From a bacterium (GTDB taxonomy: Bacteria; Patescibacteriota; Minisyncoccia; UBA6257; GWB1-50-10), in the NCBI GenBank assembly GCA_021814165.1, contig JAKAIX010000001.1:77623-141622 (forward strand): a stretch of 64,000 nt of DNA, given 5' to 3'. Below the pieces are notes generated by a model. The model was not told where the DNA came from and did not search any database. It saw nothing but the letters and a program-made list of their open reading frames with translations. The position numbers were made by a program, and so were the translations under genes. Below, piece after piece: positions 45,799-54,986 of this stretch. Position 1 is the first letter of the stretch. Every line of letters begins with the position of its first letter.

Positions 45799-47369
45799 CT
45801 TCCATCTTCGCGCTCCTTTTCGGTGCGCTCGGATTTAATCTCTACACGCTCCAGATACAAAAAGGGGACTATTATTTCAAAACCGCCCAAGCCCGGAACG
45901 AAGCGCTTGCCCAGCTTCAGATGAGGCGCGGGCAGATTTTTTTTACCGACCGTTCGGGGAACGCGATTACCGTCGCATTGAACCAGGATTACCCCGTAGT
46001 ATACGCGGTTCCGAAGGAAATCACCGATCCCAAGGCAACAGCGGCGGCGCTTGCCCAGAAAATAGGATGGGACGAGAAAGAGCTTGAAACGGCGCTTACG
46101 GCTCCCCAAAGCTTATTCAGAATGCTCGTCGAGAAAGCGACCAACGACCAGTTAAACGCGGTACAGGATTTAAATCTCAAAGGAATCTATATCGACAAAA
46201 AACAATACCGTTTCTATCCCTTCGAACGGCTCGGATCCCAAGTACTCGGGTTTGTGGGATTGAATGACACCGCAAAGATCCCGCTCGGCCTCTATGGAGC
46301 GGAAAAGTACCATGACAACCAACTTGCCGACGGAGACGGCGTGCAACTCACCATCGACAGAAATCTCCAGGCGCAGGCGGAACAGAAGCTTGCGGAACTC
46401 GTAACAAAAAACGGAGCGACCGGAGGATCTATTATTATCGAGGACCCAATGACGGGAAAGATACTCACGAATGCAAACTATCCCGACTTCAATCCGAACG
46501 ACTACCGCAATACGCCCGTGAATGCGTTCCTGAATCCGAGCGTGCAGTACGTCTACGAGCCAGGGTCGGTATTCAAGCCGATTACGATGGCTTCCGGAAT
46601 CGATCAGGGAATCATCACGCCGGACACGAAATACGACGACAAGGGGTATGTAATCCTGAACGGAAAGAAGATTACAAACTGGGATCATAAGGCCTACGGA
46701 CCGGGCACCACGATGACGAACGTGATCGAACGATCAATCAACACGGGTGCCGTATTCGCCGAACAGAAGATCGGAAGAACGATCTTTCACGATTATCTCG
46801 TAAAATTCGGCTTCGGAGAAAAAACGGGAATTGACCTCCCTGACGAGGTAAAGGGGAGCTTGGCAAACCTCGAACGGAAAGGCGCACAGGATATCGATTA
46901 TGCGACTGCCGCGTACGGGCAGGGAACATCGGTCACGCCGATTCAGATGATCAACGCATTCTCCGTTTTTGCAAACGGCGGACTGCTCATGAGGCCCTAT
47001 ACGGACGCCACGAAGAGCCCGTATGTCATACGGCGCGTGATAAGCGAGGATACGGCGCAGAAAGTCGTGGGAATGATGGAATCCGCGGTAAACAAGGGGC
47101 AGGTAGCGACTATCCCGCAGTTCAGGATTGCGGGAAAAACGGGAACGGCGAACGTACCCGATCTCGTGCATGGCGGCTATCTTGACGCATACGTCCATAC
47201 CTTTATCGGCATAGTGCCCATTACGAACCCGAAAGCCGTGATTCTGGTAAAACTCGACAGGCCGCAGGGGGCGGAGGTTGCAGCGATAACGGTGGTCCCC
47301 GCATTCAGAGAGCTCGCAAGCTTTGTGTTAAACTACTACAACATTCCTCCCGATAAGCCGACGCAATAA
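45774..47369 (+). CDS. ftsI: Class B penicillin-binding protein (FtsI-like)
   Basis: RRGQIF..DR, EPGSVFK (SxxK), SIN (SxN), AGKTGTA (KTG). Confidence 0.85.
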   Translation: MGVRFIALTSIFALLFGALGFNLYTLQIQKGDYYFKTAQARNEALAQLQMRRGQIFFTDRSGNAITVALNQDYPVVYAVPKEITDPKATAAALAQKIGWDEKELETALTAPQSLFRMLVEKATNDQLNAVQDLNLKGIYIDKKQYRFYPFERLGSQVLGFVGLNDTAKIPLGLYGAEKYHDNQLADGDGVQLTIDRNLQAQAEQKLAELVTKNGATGGSIIIEDPMTGKILTNANYPDFNPNDYRNTPVNAFLNPSVQYVYEPGSVFKPITMASGIDQGIITPDTKYDDKGYVILNGKKITNWDHKAYGPGTTMTNVIERSINTGAVFAEQKIGRTIFHDYLVKFGFGEKTGIDLPDEVKGSLANLERKGAQDIDYATAAYGQGTSVTPIQMINAFSVFANGGLLMRPYTDATKSPYVIRRVISEDTAQKVVGMMESAVNKGQVATIPQFRIAGKTGTANVPDLVHGGYLDAYVHTFIGIVPITNPKAVILVKLDRPQGAEVAAITVVPAFRELASFVLNYYNIPPDKPTQ

Positions 47370-47374
47370 TTGTC

Positions 47375-48685
47375 ATGAAACAATTCATTCTCTCGCTTCT
47401 CGCAAAACTGCTGAAGAAACTCGCGATGCTCACCATTGCGCGTTACAAGCCGTCAATCGTAGGCATCACGGGCAACGTGGGAAAAACCTCGACGAGAGAC
47501 GCGGTGGAGACCGTGCTCCGCACGGAACGGAAAATCCGGTCGTCGTCGAAGAATTTCAATAACGAACTCGGGCTCCCGCTCACCATCCTCGGCGACTGGG
47601 AATCCACGGAGGGGGGAATATTCTTCTGGTGCGGCGTCATGTTTGCATCGATAAAAAACCTTCTCACGCGGCAAAAGGATTTCCCGGAAATCATAATTCT
47701 CGAATACGGCGTCGATCGTCCCGGAGACATGAGTTATCTTCTCGAGATCGCGGAACCGCAGATCGGCATCGTAACGGCGGTGGGAGAAATCCCCGTTCAT
47801 GTGGAATTTTTCACCGGACCGGAAGGAGTCGCAAAGGAAAAAGCGAAACTCGTAGAACGGCTTCCCGCGACGGGCTTCGCGATCCTGAACGCCGACGATA
47901 CATACGTCGCCGCGATGAAACAGCAGACGAGAGGGCATGCCATCACCTACGGGCTCGGAGACGACGCCGACATGAAGATTAAAAACTTCTCGAGTTATCT
48001 CGATCCGGAGAGGGGGGACGCGGGCATCTCGTTTAAATTAAGCTACGGGGGGAACACTGTACCGGTGAAGATAAAAGGAATGCTCGGGATGACGGGAGCA
48101 TACGCGTCGGCGGCTGCGGCAATCGTCGGGCTCACTTTTGGCGTTCACTTCTCGAAGATCGCGGAACACCTCGGAAATTATCAGGGTCCCGCAGGACGTT
48201 TGCGGGTCATACCCGGAATAAAGAACACGACGATCATCGACGACACGTATAACGCCGCGATGAAGTCGATGACGCAGGCGCTCGACACGTTGAAAAGCGT
48301 CAAACCGAAACGCGCGATCGCGGTTTTGGGAGATATGCTCGAGATCGGCAAGTATACGCTCGAAGCGCACGAAGCGGTGGGGAAACAAGCCGCGCGATCC
48401 GCAGATCTCCTCGTAACCGTCGGCATGAGAGGGAAAATAATCGCCGAGGGGGCGGCGCGGGGAGGCATGCAGAAACAGAAAATATTCTCGTTCGATACGC
48501 TCGACGAAGCGTCGTTATTCCTTGAAGAGCACATGAGAAAAGGGGATGTAGTGCTCGTGAAAGGATCGCAGGGGGTGCGAATGGAAAAGATAGTAAAAGC
48601 GATCATGATGTCGCCCGGAACGGCGAAGGATTCTCTTGTTCGCCAATCCCGCGTCTGGCTTGCCAAGCCGGGAATGTACGAATAG
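47375..48685 (+). CDS. murF: UDP-MurNAc-tripeptide--D-Ala-D-Ala ligase
   Basis: GITGNVGKTST, NNELGLPLT, IDDTYNA, LGDMLEIG, LVKGS. Confidence 0.93.
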   Translation: MKQFILSLLAKLLKKLAMLTIARYKPSIVGITGNVGKTSTRDAVETVLRTERKIRSSSKNFNNELGLPLTILGDWESTEGGIFFWCGVMFASIKNLLTRQKDFPEIIILEYGVDRPGDMSYLLEIAEPQIGIVTAVGEIPVHVEFFTGPEGVAKEKAKLVERLPATGFAILNADDTYVAAMKQQTRGHAITYGLGDDADMKIKNFSSYLDPERGDAGISFKLSYGGNTVPVKIKGMLGMTGAYASAAAAIVGLTFGVHFSKIAEHLGNYQGPAGRLRVIPGIKNTTIIDDTYNAAMKSMTQALDTLKSVKPKRAIAVLGDMLEIGKYTLEAHEAVGKQAARSADLLVTVGMRGKIIAEGAARGGMQKQKIFSFDTLDEASLFLEEHMRKGDVVLVKGSQGVRMEKIVKAIMMSPGTAKDSLVRQSRVWLAKPGMYE

Positions 48686-48695
48686 AATAGCTATG

Positions 48696-48787
48696 AATTT
48701 TCAATTACCAATTTCCAATTAATTTTGCAATTTTAGAATTTTCAAACGGAACATTCATTGAAAATTGATCATTGGAAATTGAAAATT
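48696..48787. repeat. Inverted pair of heptamer arrays
   Basis: AATTTTC AATTACC AATTTCC ... ATTGAAA ATTGATC ATTGGAA ATTGAAA. Confidence 0.8.
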
Positions 48788-48795
48788 TGCGACAA

Positions 48796-48867
48796 GGCTC
48801 TATCGTCTAACGGTTAGGACAATGCCCTCTCACGGCATAAATAGGGGTTCGATTCCCCTTGGAGCTA
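48796..48867 (+). tRNA. tRNA-Glu(CTC)
   Basis: Acceptor GGCTCTA/TGGAGCT, D-arm GTCTAACGGTTAGGAC, anticodon arm ATGCC CT CTC AC GGCAT, T-loop GGTTCGATTCC. Confidence 0.95.
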
Positions 48868-48972
48868 CAAACTGAAATGCTCACCCTTGCGGTGGTATAG
48901 CAGAGAAAAGTCCGTCTCAGACGGACAATATTCGATTCCACTCCATTTTTTCTGTGCTACAATAGAGGCATC

Positions 48973-49323
48973 ATGCATGCAGCGATTCCTTCAATCTTCA
49001 AACAAAAACCGCTCATCATCCTCTCCGGCTTGAGCGGGGTCGCCATTTTCGGAAGCCTGATTCTCGCGTTTTCAAAACTCGGCGGGCTCTCGTACCCTCT
49101 GGTGCTCCACTTCGACAACTTCCAAGGCGTCGATTTTCTCGGGGGTACGACGGATTTCTGGAGCATCTGGCTCGGGGGATTCGCGTGTGTCATTCTTAAT
49201 TTCGTTCTTAGCGAAACGCTGTTTGAGAAAGAAAGGGTGCTTTCTTACGTTTTTCTCGTCGCAAATCTCCTTATCTCTCTTCTCCTTTTCGTCATTACCG
49301 CCGTCACTATCGCCGCAAATTGA
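48973..49323 (+). CDS. Three-TM membrane protein
   Basis: Hydrophobic segments around PLVLHFD...GVDF.G. Confidence 0.75.
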   Translation: MHAAIPSIFKQKPLIILSGLSGVAIFGSLILAFSKLGGLSYPLVLHFDNFQGVDFLGGTTDFWSIWLGGFACVILNFVLSETLFEKERVLSYVFLVANLLISLLLFVITAVTIAAN

Positions 49324-49325
49324 TT

Positions 49326-50372
49326 ATGGAAACATTCTCTCTCATCACGCTTATACTAGGGCTCGTCATGCTGGGGCTGCTGTTTTTCCTTGTCTCACTC
49401 GTAAGAAAATCGAACGAACCGAAAGACAACCAGGGACTTATCATGCTTCAGAATCAAATCAACGAGATTACAAAGACGCTCGACACGAAACTGGGAGAGT
49501 CGACGAGAATGTTTCAAACGCAGTTCGGCACGAGCGCGAAAATCATTCAGGACGTCACCGAGCGCCTCACGAAACTCGACGAGACGAATCGGCAAGTGAT
49601 GGGTTTTGCCGACCAGCTGCAATCGCTCCAAGATATCCTGAAAAACCCGAAACAACGAGGAATCCTGGGAGAATATTTCCTCGAAGAAACCCTGAAAAAC
49701 GTGCTCCCTCCGAACTCGTACGAAATGCAGTACAAGTTTGCGGACGGCGAGATCGTGGATGCCGCGATTTTCGTTAAAGACAAGATTATTCCCGTCGATG
49801 CAAAATTTTCTCTCGAGAACTACGAGCGCATCCTAAACGAAAGCGATCCCGCTGCGCGGGAAACGTTCGAAAAGCAGTTTAAAGCCGATCTCAAAAACAG
49901 GATTGACGAAACATCGAAGTACGTACGCCCCGACGAGAATACCATGGACTTTGCCTTTATGTTTATCCCTTCCGAAGCGATCTATTACGATCTCCTCGTG
50001 AATAAAGTGGGCGCGGTCAAGGTAAATACGAGAGACATGATCGAATACGCCTTCAAGGAACGGAGGGTGATTATCGTATCGCCGACGAACTTTCTCGCAT
50101 ATCTCCAGACGGTGCTCCAGGGGCTTCGTGCGCTGAAGATTGAGGAATCCGCGAAGGAGATAAGAAAGCGGGTTGAAGAGCTCGGCAAACATCTGAAGAG
50201 TTACGAGGAATACCACAATAAGCTCGGCATCTCGCTCGGTACGGTCGTCAATCACTACACGAACGCAAGCAAAGAGTTCAGGAAAGTTGATAAGGACGTG
50301 CTCCGTATCGCCGGAGAGGCGATACACATAGAAACGACCTCGATCGAGGGACCGCACGAAGACAATGAATAG
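49326..50372 (+). CDS. rmuC: DNA recombination protein RmuC
   Basis: NPKQRGILGE, IPVDAKFSL.NY, DFAFMFIPSE, IVSPT. Confidence 0.93.
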   Translation: METFSLITLILGLVMLGLLFFLVSLVRKSNEPKDNQGLIMLQNQINEITKTLDTKLGESTRMFQTQFGTSAKIIQDVTERLTKLDETNRQVMGFADQLQSLQDILKNPKQRGILGEYFLEETLKNVLPPNSYEMQYKFADGEIVDAAIFVKDKIIPVDAKFSLENYERILNESDPAARETFEKQFKADLKNRIDETSKYVRPDENTMDFAFMFIPSEAIYYDLLVNKVGAVKVNTRDMIEYAFKERRVIIVSPTNFLAYLQTVLQGLRALKIEESAKEIRKRVEELGKHLKSYEEYHNKLGISLGTVVNHYTNASKEFRKVDKDVLRIAGEAIHIETTSIEGPHEDNE

Positions 50373-51249
50373 GGATGAATCGTTCTTTTCATTCTATAAA
50401 ACGTTGAACCGCCCTTTTTCGATTCTTGAATTGGCATCGTTTCTGGGCGGAACGGAACATTCGGCGCGCGTTCTTGAAGAAAAAACAAAACAAAAAACAC
50501 TCTCCGAAGAAGACGGCTTTTTCATCGCTTCTCCGCACGAAAGGGGATTCGGCATGATGCGCCGAAAGCAGGATTTGTTGCTCGACGAGAAATGGAAACT
50601 TCTTATAAAACAGGCAAAATGGTTCCGGTTCATCCCATTTGTGGAATTCGTGGTCGCGAGCGGATCGATGGCAGTCGGGAATATAAGCCGCCATTCCGAT
50701 TTCGACGTGCTTATCGGAGTACGAAAAGGGAGAGTGTTTACGACGCGTTATTGCATTAATTTCATTTTTTCCATACTCCGGACGAGGCGGCTCGACGATC
50801 ACGAAGGGTCGAGTCCCGACAAGCTTTGTTTTAATCATTTCGTGACGGAGAAAAGTTTTGCAAAAGAACCGTTCAATTTTTATCGCGCGGAACTCTATCG
50901 GCACATGGTTCCGATCTACGGCTCAAGAACAGCGCTCGAGGCGTTCTTTTCCGCAAATTCGTGGAGCGGCGCGGCGCCGGAAAAAAATCTCGAAGATCTC
51001 CGATTCAGGGAGCAGCGGCCGAACGCAATAAGAAGCTTCCTCGCATTCCTTTTCGGCGGAAAACTGGGAGACGTCATCGAAAGAAAAATCATGGAGCCGA
51101 TCGCTCGAAAACGTTTGAGCGCATATCTTACCGGCAAGAAACAAAAGGGGAGAGTGGTAATCTCGGAGGAAGAACTGGAATTTCATTTCAAACTCTCCTA
51201 CGAGGAGCTTTTCATCTCGTTGCCTTTCTCCGGGGCGTCGCGGACGTGA
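50365..51249 (+). CDS. Nucleotidyltransferase-fold protein
   Basis: SGSMA.G...SDFDVL (GS...DxD) and DKLCFNHF. Confidence 0.7.
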   Translation: MNRDESFFSFYKTLNRPFSILELASFLGGTEHSARVLEEKTKQKTLSEEDGFFIASPHERGFGMMRRKQDLLLDEKWKLLIKQAKWFRFIPFVEFVVASGSMAVGNISRHSDFDVLIGVRKGRVFTTRYCINFIFSILRTRRLDDHEGSSPDKLCFNHFVTEKSFAKEPFNFYRAELYRHMVPIYGSRTALEAFFSANSWSGAAPEKNLEDLRFREQRPNAIRSFLAFLFGGKLGDVIERKIMEPIARKRLSAYLTGKKQKGRVVISEEELEFHFKLSYEELFISLPFSGASRT

Positions 51250-51910
51250 TAAGATGCGCGTTCTCGCGGACTCTTCGCAGGTGCTCCCTGAATGCATCTC
51301 CCGCTTCCTCTCGGCAACTCGTTTCGTGCCCCATTCCTTTCAATTCCCTCATTTTCTCCGCTGCTTCATCGGATACGAAAAAATTATCGATTCGATCAGC
51401 ATCGTCTTCGTTGTTCGCAATCTCCTCCATCGAACGCGGCGAATAATAACCCACGAAACCGAACGTCTCGCCCGTCGTCTTGTCAGTCACGCTCACTTCA
51501 TAGGGGATATCCCGCAGGGGGATGGCGTACAATTCATAAAGCCAGCGCGCGATCGATTCTCTCTTCGGGTCGAATGAAATACGGGAAAGTGATTCCAATC
51601 TACGTTGCACTTTTCTTAGATTCTCCGAGTCGCCGTCTTCCTTTTCTCTTAAATCTTCATAAATTTCGGTCAATTCTAGCAGTTCTTCCCCCTGTTTATC
51701 GGCCTCACGCAGACACTCCTCGAGTATTTCTCTAAGACGAACCCCCTCGATCGTCGACAAATCACCGACCCCGTAATCTTTCTCCAAGATGTACCTGGTC
51801 GTTTCGAAATTACGGATGAGTTCCCGCCGATCTTCGGAGAGATCAGCATTATCGGCGGAGTCGATTCCGCTCTCCGCGCTCGGAACAATCTCGTTTTCGA
51901 ACTGTCTCAT
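51212..51910 (-). CDS. Acidic hypothetical protein
   Basis: 232-aa Glu/Asp-rich ORF with an AGGTG SD-like site upstream. Confidence 0.65.
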   Translation of the reverse strand: MRQFENEIVPSAESGIDSADNADLSEDRRELIRNFETTRYILEKDYGVGDLSTIEGVRLREILEECLREADKQGEELLELTEIYEDLREKEDGDSENLRKVQRRLESLSRISFDPKRESIARWLYELYAIPLRDIPYEVSVTDKTTGETFGFVGYYSPRSMEEIANNEDDADRIDNFFVSDEAAEKMRELKGMGHETSCREEAGDAFREHLRRVRENAHLITSATPRRKATR

Positions 51911-51928
51911 GGTAACACCTTACACCTC

Positions 51929-51957
51929 TTGCATTTTTTTTCAATGTATGGTACAAT
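51929..51957 (+). promoter_or_regulatory. Strong sigma70-like promoter
   Basis: TTGCAT-17 nt-TACAAT with extended -10 TG. Confidence 0.7.
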
Positions 51958-51963
51958 ACCTTC

Positions 51964-52072
51964 GTGTGAGTGATGAGTTTTCCTTATCTTCACTGCGACG
52001 GCTTGCCGAAGCGGAGAAATCTAAGGAAAGCCCTTCCGATCCCCCTGGCGCAAGTCAGGGGGTTTTATTTGT
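51964..52072 (+). ncRNA. Candidate small RNA or attenuator
   Basis: Lies between the promoter and the terminator CCCCCTGGC-GCAA-GTCAGGGGG-TTTT; internal stem TTTCCTTA/TAAGGAAA. Confidence 0.45.
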
Positions 52073-52104
52073 TTTTATGATTTTTCTCTTGATTTGGTAA
52101 GGGG

Positions 52105-52135
52105 CAATCTATCGAGGCCGGGCCTCGATAGATTG
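52105..52135. repeat. REP-like palindrome
   Basis: CAATCTATCGAGGCCGGGCCTCGATAGATTG. Confidence 0.9.
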
Positions 52136-52166
52136 AATTTCCGTTAAAATACTCTATTCTAATACT

Positions 52167-52299
52167 GGGCGGACGGATATTAGGGAACTCACCATAAGGG
52201 TGGGAACGTCTAAGCAGCCGTGGGTTTTGAGCACTCACACATTAAAACAAAATTGGAGGTCACCACCACGGCTGCTTAGACGGAGAGGTCCATCCGCCC
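52167..52299 (+). ncRNA. Candidate structured RNA (long rod with side hairpins)
   Basis: Closing stem GGGCGGACGGAT/GTCCATCCGCCC; perfect 17-bp inner stem 52207-52223/52266-52282; G-U pairs in the side hairpins favour the plus strand. Confidence 0.5.
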
Positions 52300-52316
52300 G
52301 AACGTTTTTAAAACAA

Positions 52317-52350
52317 GGAGGCCCCACCTCCGATTGGAGGCCGGGCCTCC
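52317..52350. repeat. REP-like doublet
   Basis: GGAGGCCCCACCTCC GATT GGAGGCCGGGCCTCC. Confidence 0.8.
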
Positions 52351-52383
52351 AAAGCTCGTACCTCGCTAAGAAAATCGAATCAT

Positions 52384-54918
52384 ATGTCATTTCTATCAAA
52401 AATATTTTCCGGAGATTCGCTCAAGGAATATGAGCGACAAATCGGGCTTATCAGCTCGCTTGAACCGAAATACGAGAAATTAAGCGACGAAGAACTCAAG
52501 AACGCTTCTCTGGAGCTCAAAAAAGAGATACGCGACGGGAAAACGCTCGACGATGCGCTTCCCGATGCATTCGCGATGGTACGCGAAGCGGCAAAACGAA
52601 CCCTGAAACAACGGCATTTCGATGTCCAACTCATAGGCGGCATGGCGCTTCACGAAGGGAAGATCATCGAGATGATGACAGGAGAAGGGAAGACCCTCGC
52701 CGCAACCTCTCCCGCATATCTCAATGCTATCACCGGAAACGGCGTGCATGTCGTGACCGTAAACGACTATCTCGCAAAACGCGACGCAATCTGGATGGGG
52801 CAAATATATGATCTTCTCGGACTCAAAGTCGCATGCATAGTTCATGATGCGGCTTATCTTTACGATCCGACTTACGAAACCGATCCCGAAGAAGACAGGG
52901 AGCGGGACATTTTGGGATCGTTCAGGATTTTTGAGAAGTTTCTTCGTCCCGTCACGCGACGCGACGCGTATTACGCGGACATCACGTACGGTACGAACCA
53001 CGAATTCGGCTTCGATTTTCTGCGCGACAATCTGGCGCTCCGCTTGAGCGACAAGGTGCAGCGCCCGCATGCCTACGCGATCGTGGATGAGATCGACAGC
53101 ATCTTGATCGATGAAGCGCGTACCCCGTTAATCATCGCGGCACCCGATGTCCAGGCGAGCGAACATTATAAGACCTTTGCAAGAGTCGCCTCGCACCTGA
53201 ACGAAGAAGAAGATTACATGGTTGATGAAAAACTAAAGGCGGTTTCCATCACGGAATCCGGGATCGAGAAAGTGGAAAAGATGATCGGCGTCGAGAATAT
53301 CTACGCGCCGGATAATCTTCGTCTCGTGCATTTTCTCCAAGAATCGCTCAAGGCGAAAGCGCTTTTCAAGCTCGATCGGGACTATATCGTGCGAAACGGC
53401 GAAATCATCATCGTCGACGAGTTCACGGGACGGATGCTTATGGGGCGCCGCTACTCGGGCGGACTCCATCAGGCAATCGAGGCGAAGGAGAACGTACAGG
53501 TGAAAGAAGAGAACCGCACTTTCGCGCAAATTACCATTCAAAACTACTTTCGTCTCTATAAAAAGATTTCCGGCATGACGGGTACCGCACAGACCTCCGC
53601 GGAAGAGTTCCACAAGGTATATAACCTCGATGTCGTAAGCATTCCTCCGAACCGGCCGCTCGTCCGCAAAGACTTTCCCGACGCGATCTACAAAACGAAA
53701 GACGCGAAATACAACGCGGTTGTGAGGGCGGTGAAAGAAGCGAGGGAAGCGGGGAGGCCGGTCTTGATCGGTACGACCTCCATTCAAAACAACGAAATTA
53801 TCTCCGGCTACCTCTCGCGCGCGGCGATTCCTCACGAGGTGCTGAATGCAAAAAACCACGAACGCGAGGGTGAAATCATCGCGCAGGCGGGACGCGCGGG
53901 GGCGGTCACCGTCGCGACAAACATGGCGGGCCGCGGCGTGGACATCGTCTTGGGCGGCAACCCGCCGAATCCGGAAGAAACGCAAAAAATGAAAGACGCG
54001 GGGGGGCTCCAGGTTATCGGCACCGAGCGCCATGAAGCGCGGCGCATCGACAACCAACTCCGCGGACGATCGGGAAGGCAGGGAGATCCCGGCGTAAGCC
54101 AGTTCTATCTTTCGCTCGAGGACGATCTGCTCCGCATCTTCGGAGGAGATCGCATCAAAGGACTCATGGAAACGCTGAATTTTCCGGAGGACGTGCCGAT
54201 CGAATCGAAGATGGTCGCAAAATCCGTAAACCAGGCGCAAACAAAAGTGGAGGGAGCGAATTTCGATATTCGCCGCCATCTTTTGGATTTCGACGACGTA
54301 TTGAACAAACAGCGCACGGCGCTTTACGCGCGCCGCGAAAAACTGCTCGAAGCGGGGGACAAAAACGAAATTTTGCCGATTCTCAAAGAAACGCTCGAGC
54401 ACTTCGCGACGCACGCAACGGAAGCGCTAAGAAACGAGATTGAACTGAACGAAATGGATGAAGCGAATCCGGAACGGGAAAAACAGATCGGAGAAATAGA
54501 AGCGAATATAAAAAAGGTTCCCGAGGCACTCGAACCGGAGCGCGCGATGATAATCGCGCAGCATATGGTGCGGATTCTGGACACCCTTTGGATCGACAAT
54601 CTCGAAAATCTCGAGGCGCTCCGGGAATCGGTGAACATTCGCGCCTACGGCCAGCATGATCCGCTCGTCGAGTACCGGCGGGAAGCGCACGGACTCTACG
54701 AACGGCTGAATAACGCGTTTGAATCAATGCTCTTTTCGACCGTGTTCCAGATTCTCGATGTCGATCTCAGAGCATTTGCGGTACAAACGCAAGCGCCGCA
54801 ACAAACGCCTCCGCCCGAGCACAAGAATATCGGAAGAAACGATCCCTGCTGGTGCGGAGCGAAAAAGGCAGATGGGACACCGAAGAAATACAAGCATTGT
54901 CATGGTAAGAACGCTTAA
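52384..54918 (+). CDS. secA: Preprotein translocase subunit SecA
   Basis: MMTGEGKT, VTVNDYLA, IVDEIDS.LIDEARTPL, ATNMAGRG.DI, RRIDNQLRGRSGRQGD, SEC-C motif GRNDPCWCG. Confidence 0.98.
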   Translation: MSFLSKIFSGDSLKEYERQIGLISSLEPKYEKLSDEELKNASLELKKEIRDGKTLDDALPDAFAMVREAAKRTLKQRHFDVQLIGGMALHEGKIIEMMTGEGKTLAATSPAYLNAITGNGVHVVTVNDYLAKRDAIWMGQIYDLLGLKVACIVHDAAYLYDPTYETDPEEDRERDILGSFRIFEKFLRPVTRRDAYYADITYGTNHEFGFDFLRDNLALRLSDKVQRPHAYAIVDEIDSILIDEARTPLIIAAPDVQASEHYKTFARVASHLNEEEDYMVDEKLKAVSITESGIEKVEKMIGVENIYAPDNLRLVHFLQESLKAKALFKLDRDYIVRNGEIIIVDEFTGRMLMGRRYSGGLHQAIEAKENVQVKEENRTFAQITIQNYFRLYKKISGMTGTAQTSAEEFHKVYNLDVVSIPPNRPLVRKDFPDAIYKTKDAKYNAVVRAVKEAREAGRPVLIGTTSIQNNEIISGYLSRAAIPHEVLNAKNHEREGEIIAQAGRAGAVTVATNMAGRGVDIVLGGNPPNPEETQKMKDAGGLQVIGTERHEARRIDNQLRGRSGRQGDPGVSQFYLSLEDDLLRIFGGDRIKGLMETLNFPEDVPIESKMVAKSVNQAQTKVEGANFDIRRHLLDFDDVLNKQRTALYARREKLLEAGDKNEILPILKETLEHFATHATEALRNEIELNEMDEANPEREKQIGEIEANIKKVPEALEPERAMIIAQHMVRILDTLWIDNLENLEALRESVNIRAYGQHDPLVEYRREAHGLYERLNNAFESMLFSTVFQILDVDLRAFAVQTQAPQQTPPPEHKNIGRNDPCWCGAKKADGTPKKYKHCHGKNA

Positions 54919-54986
54919 GAAAGAAACGAGCGAAGCGAGGTCCCGCACTAAACCAAAAGTTTTAGTGCGTGGATATAAGAAATGTC

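Noticed and set aside
13462-52135. CRISPR array from the palindromic repeats
   Set aside because: Copies are dispersed over tens of kb without regular spacers, and there are no cas genes.
53233-54414. Long antisense ORFs (here, and at 26539-27462, 1855-2793, 60603-61508)
   Set aside because: They are shadows of well-supported genes on the opposite strand and carry no motifs.
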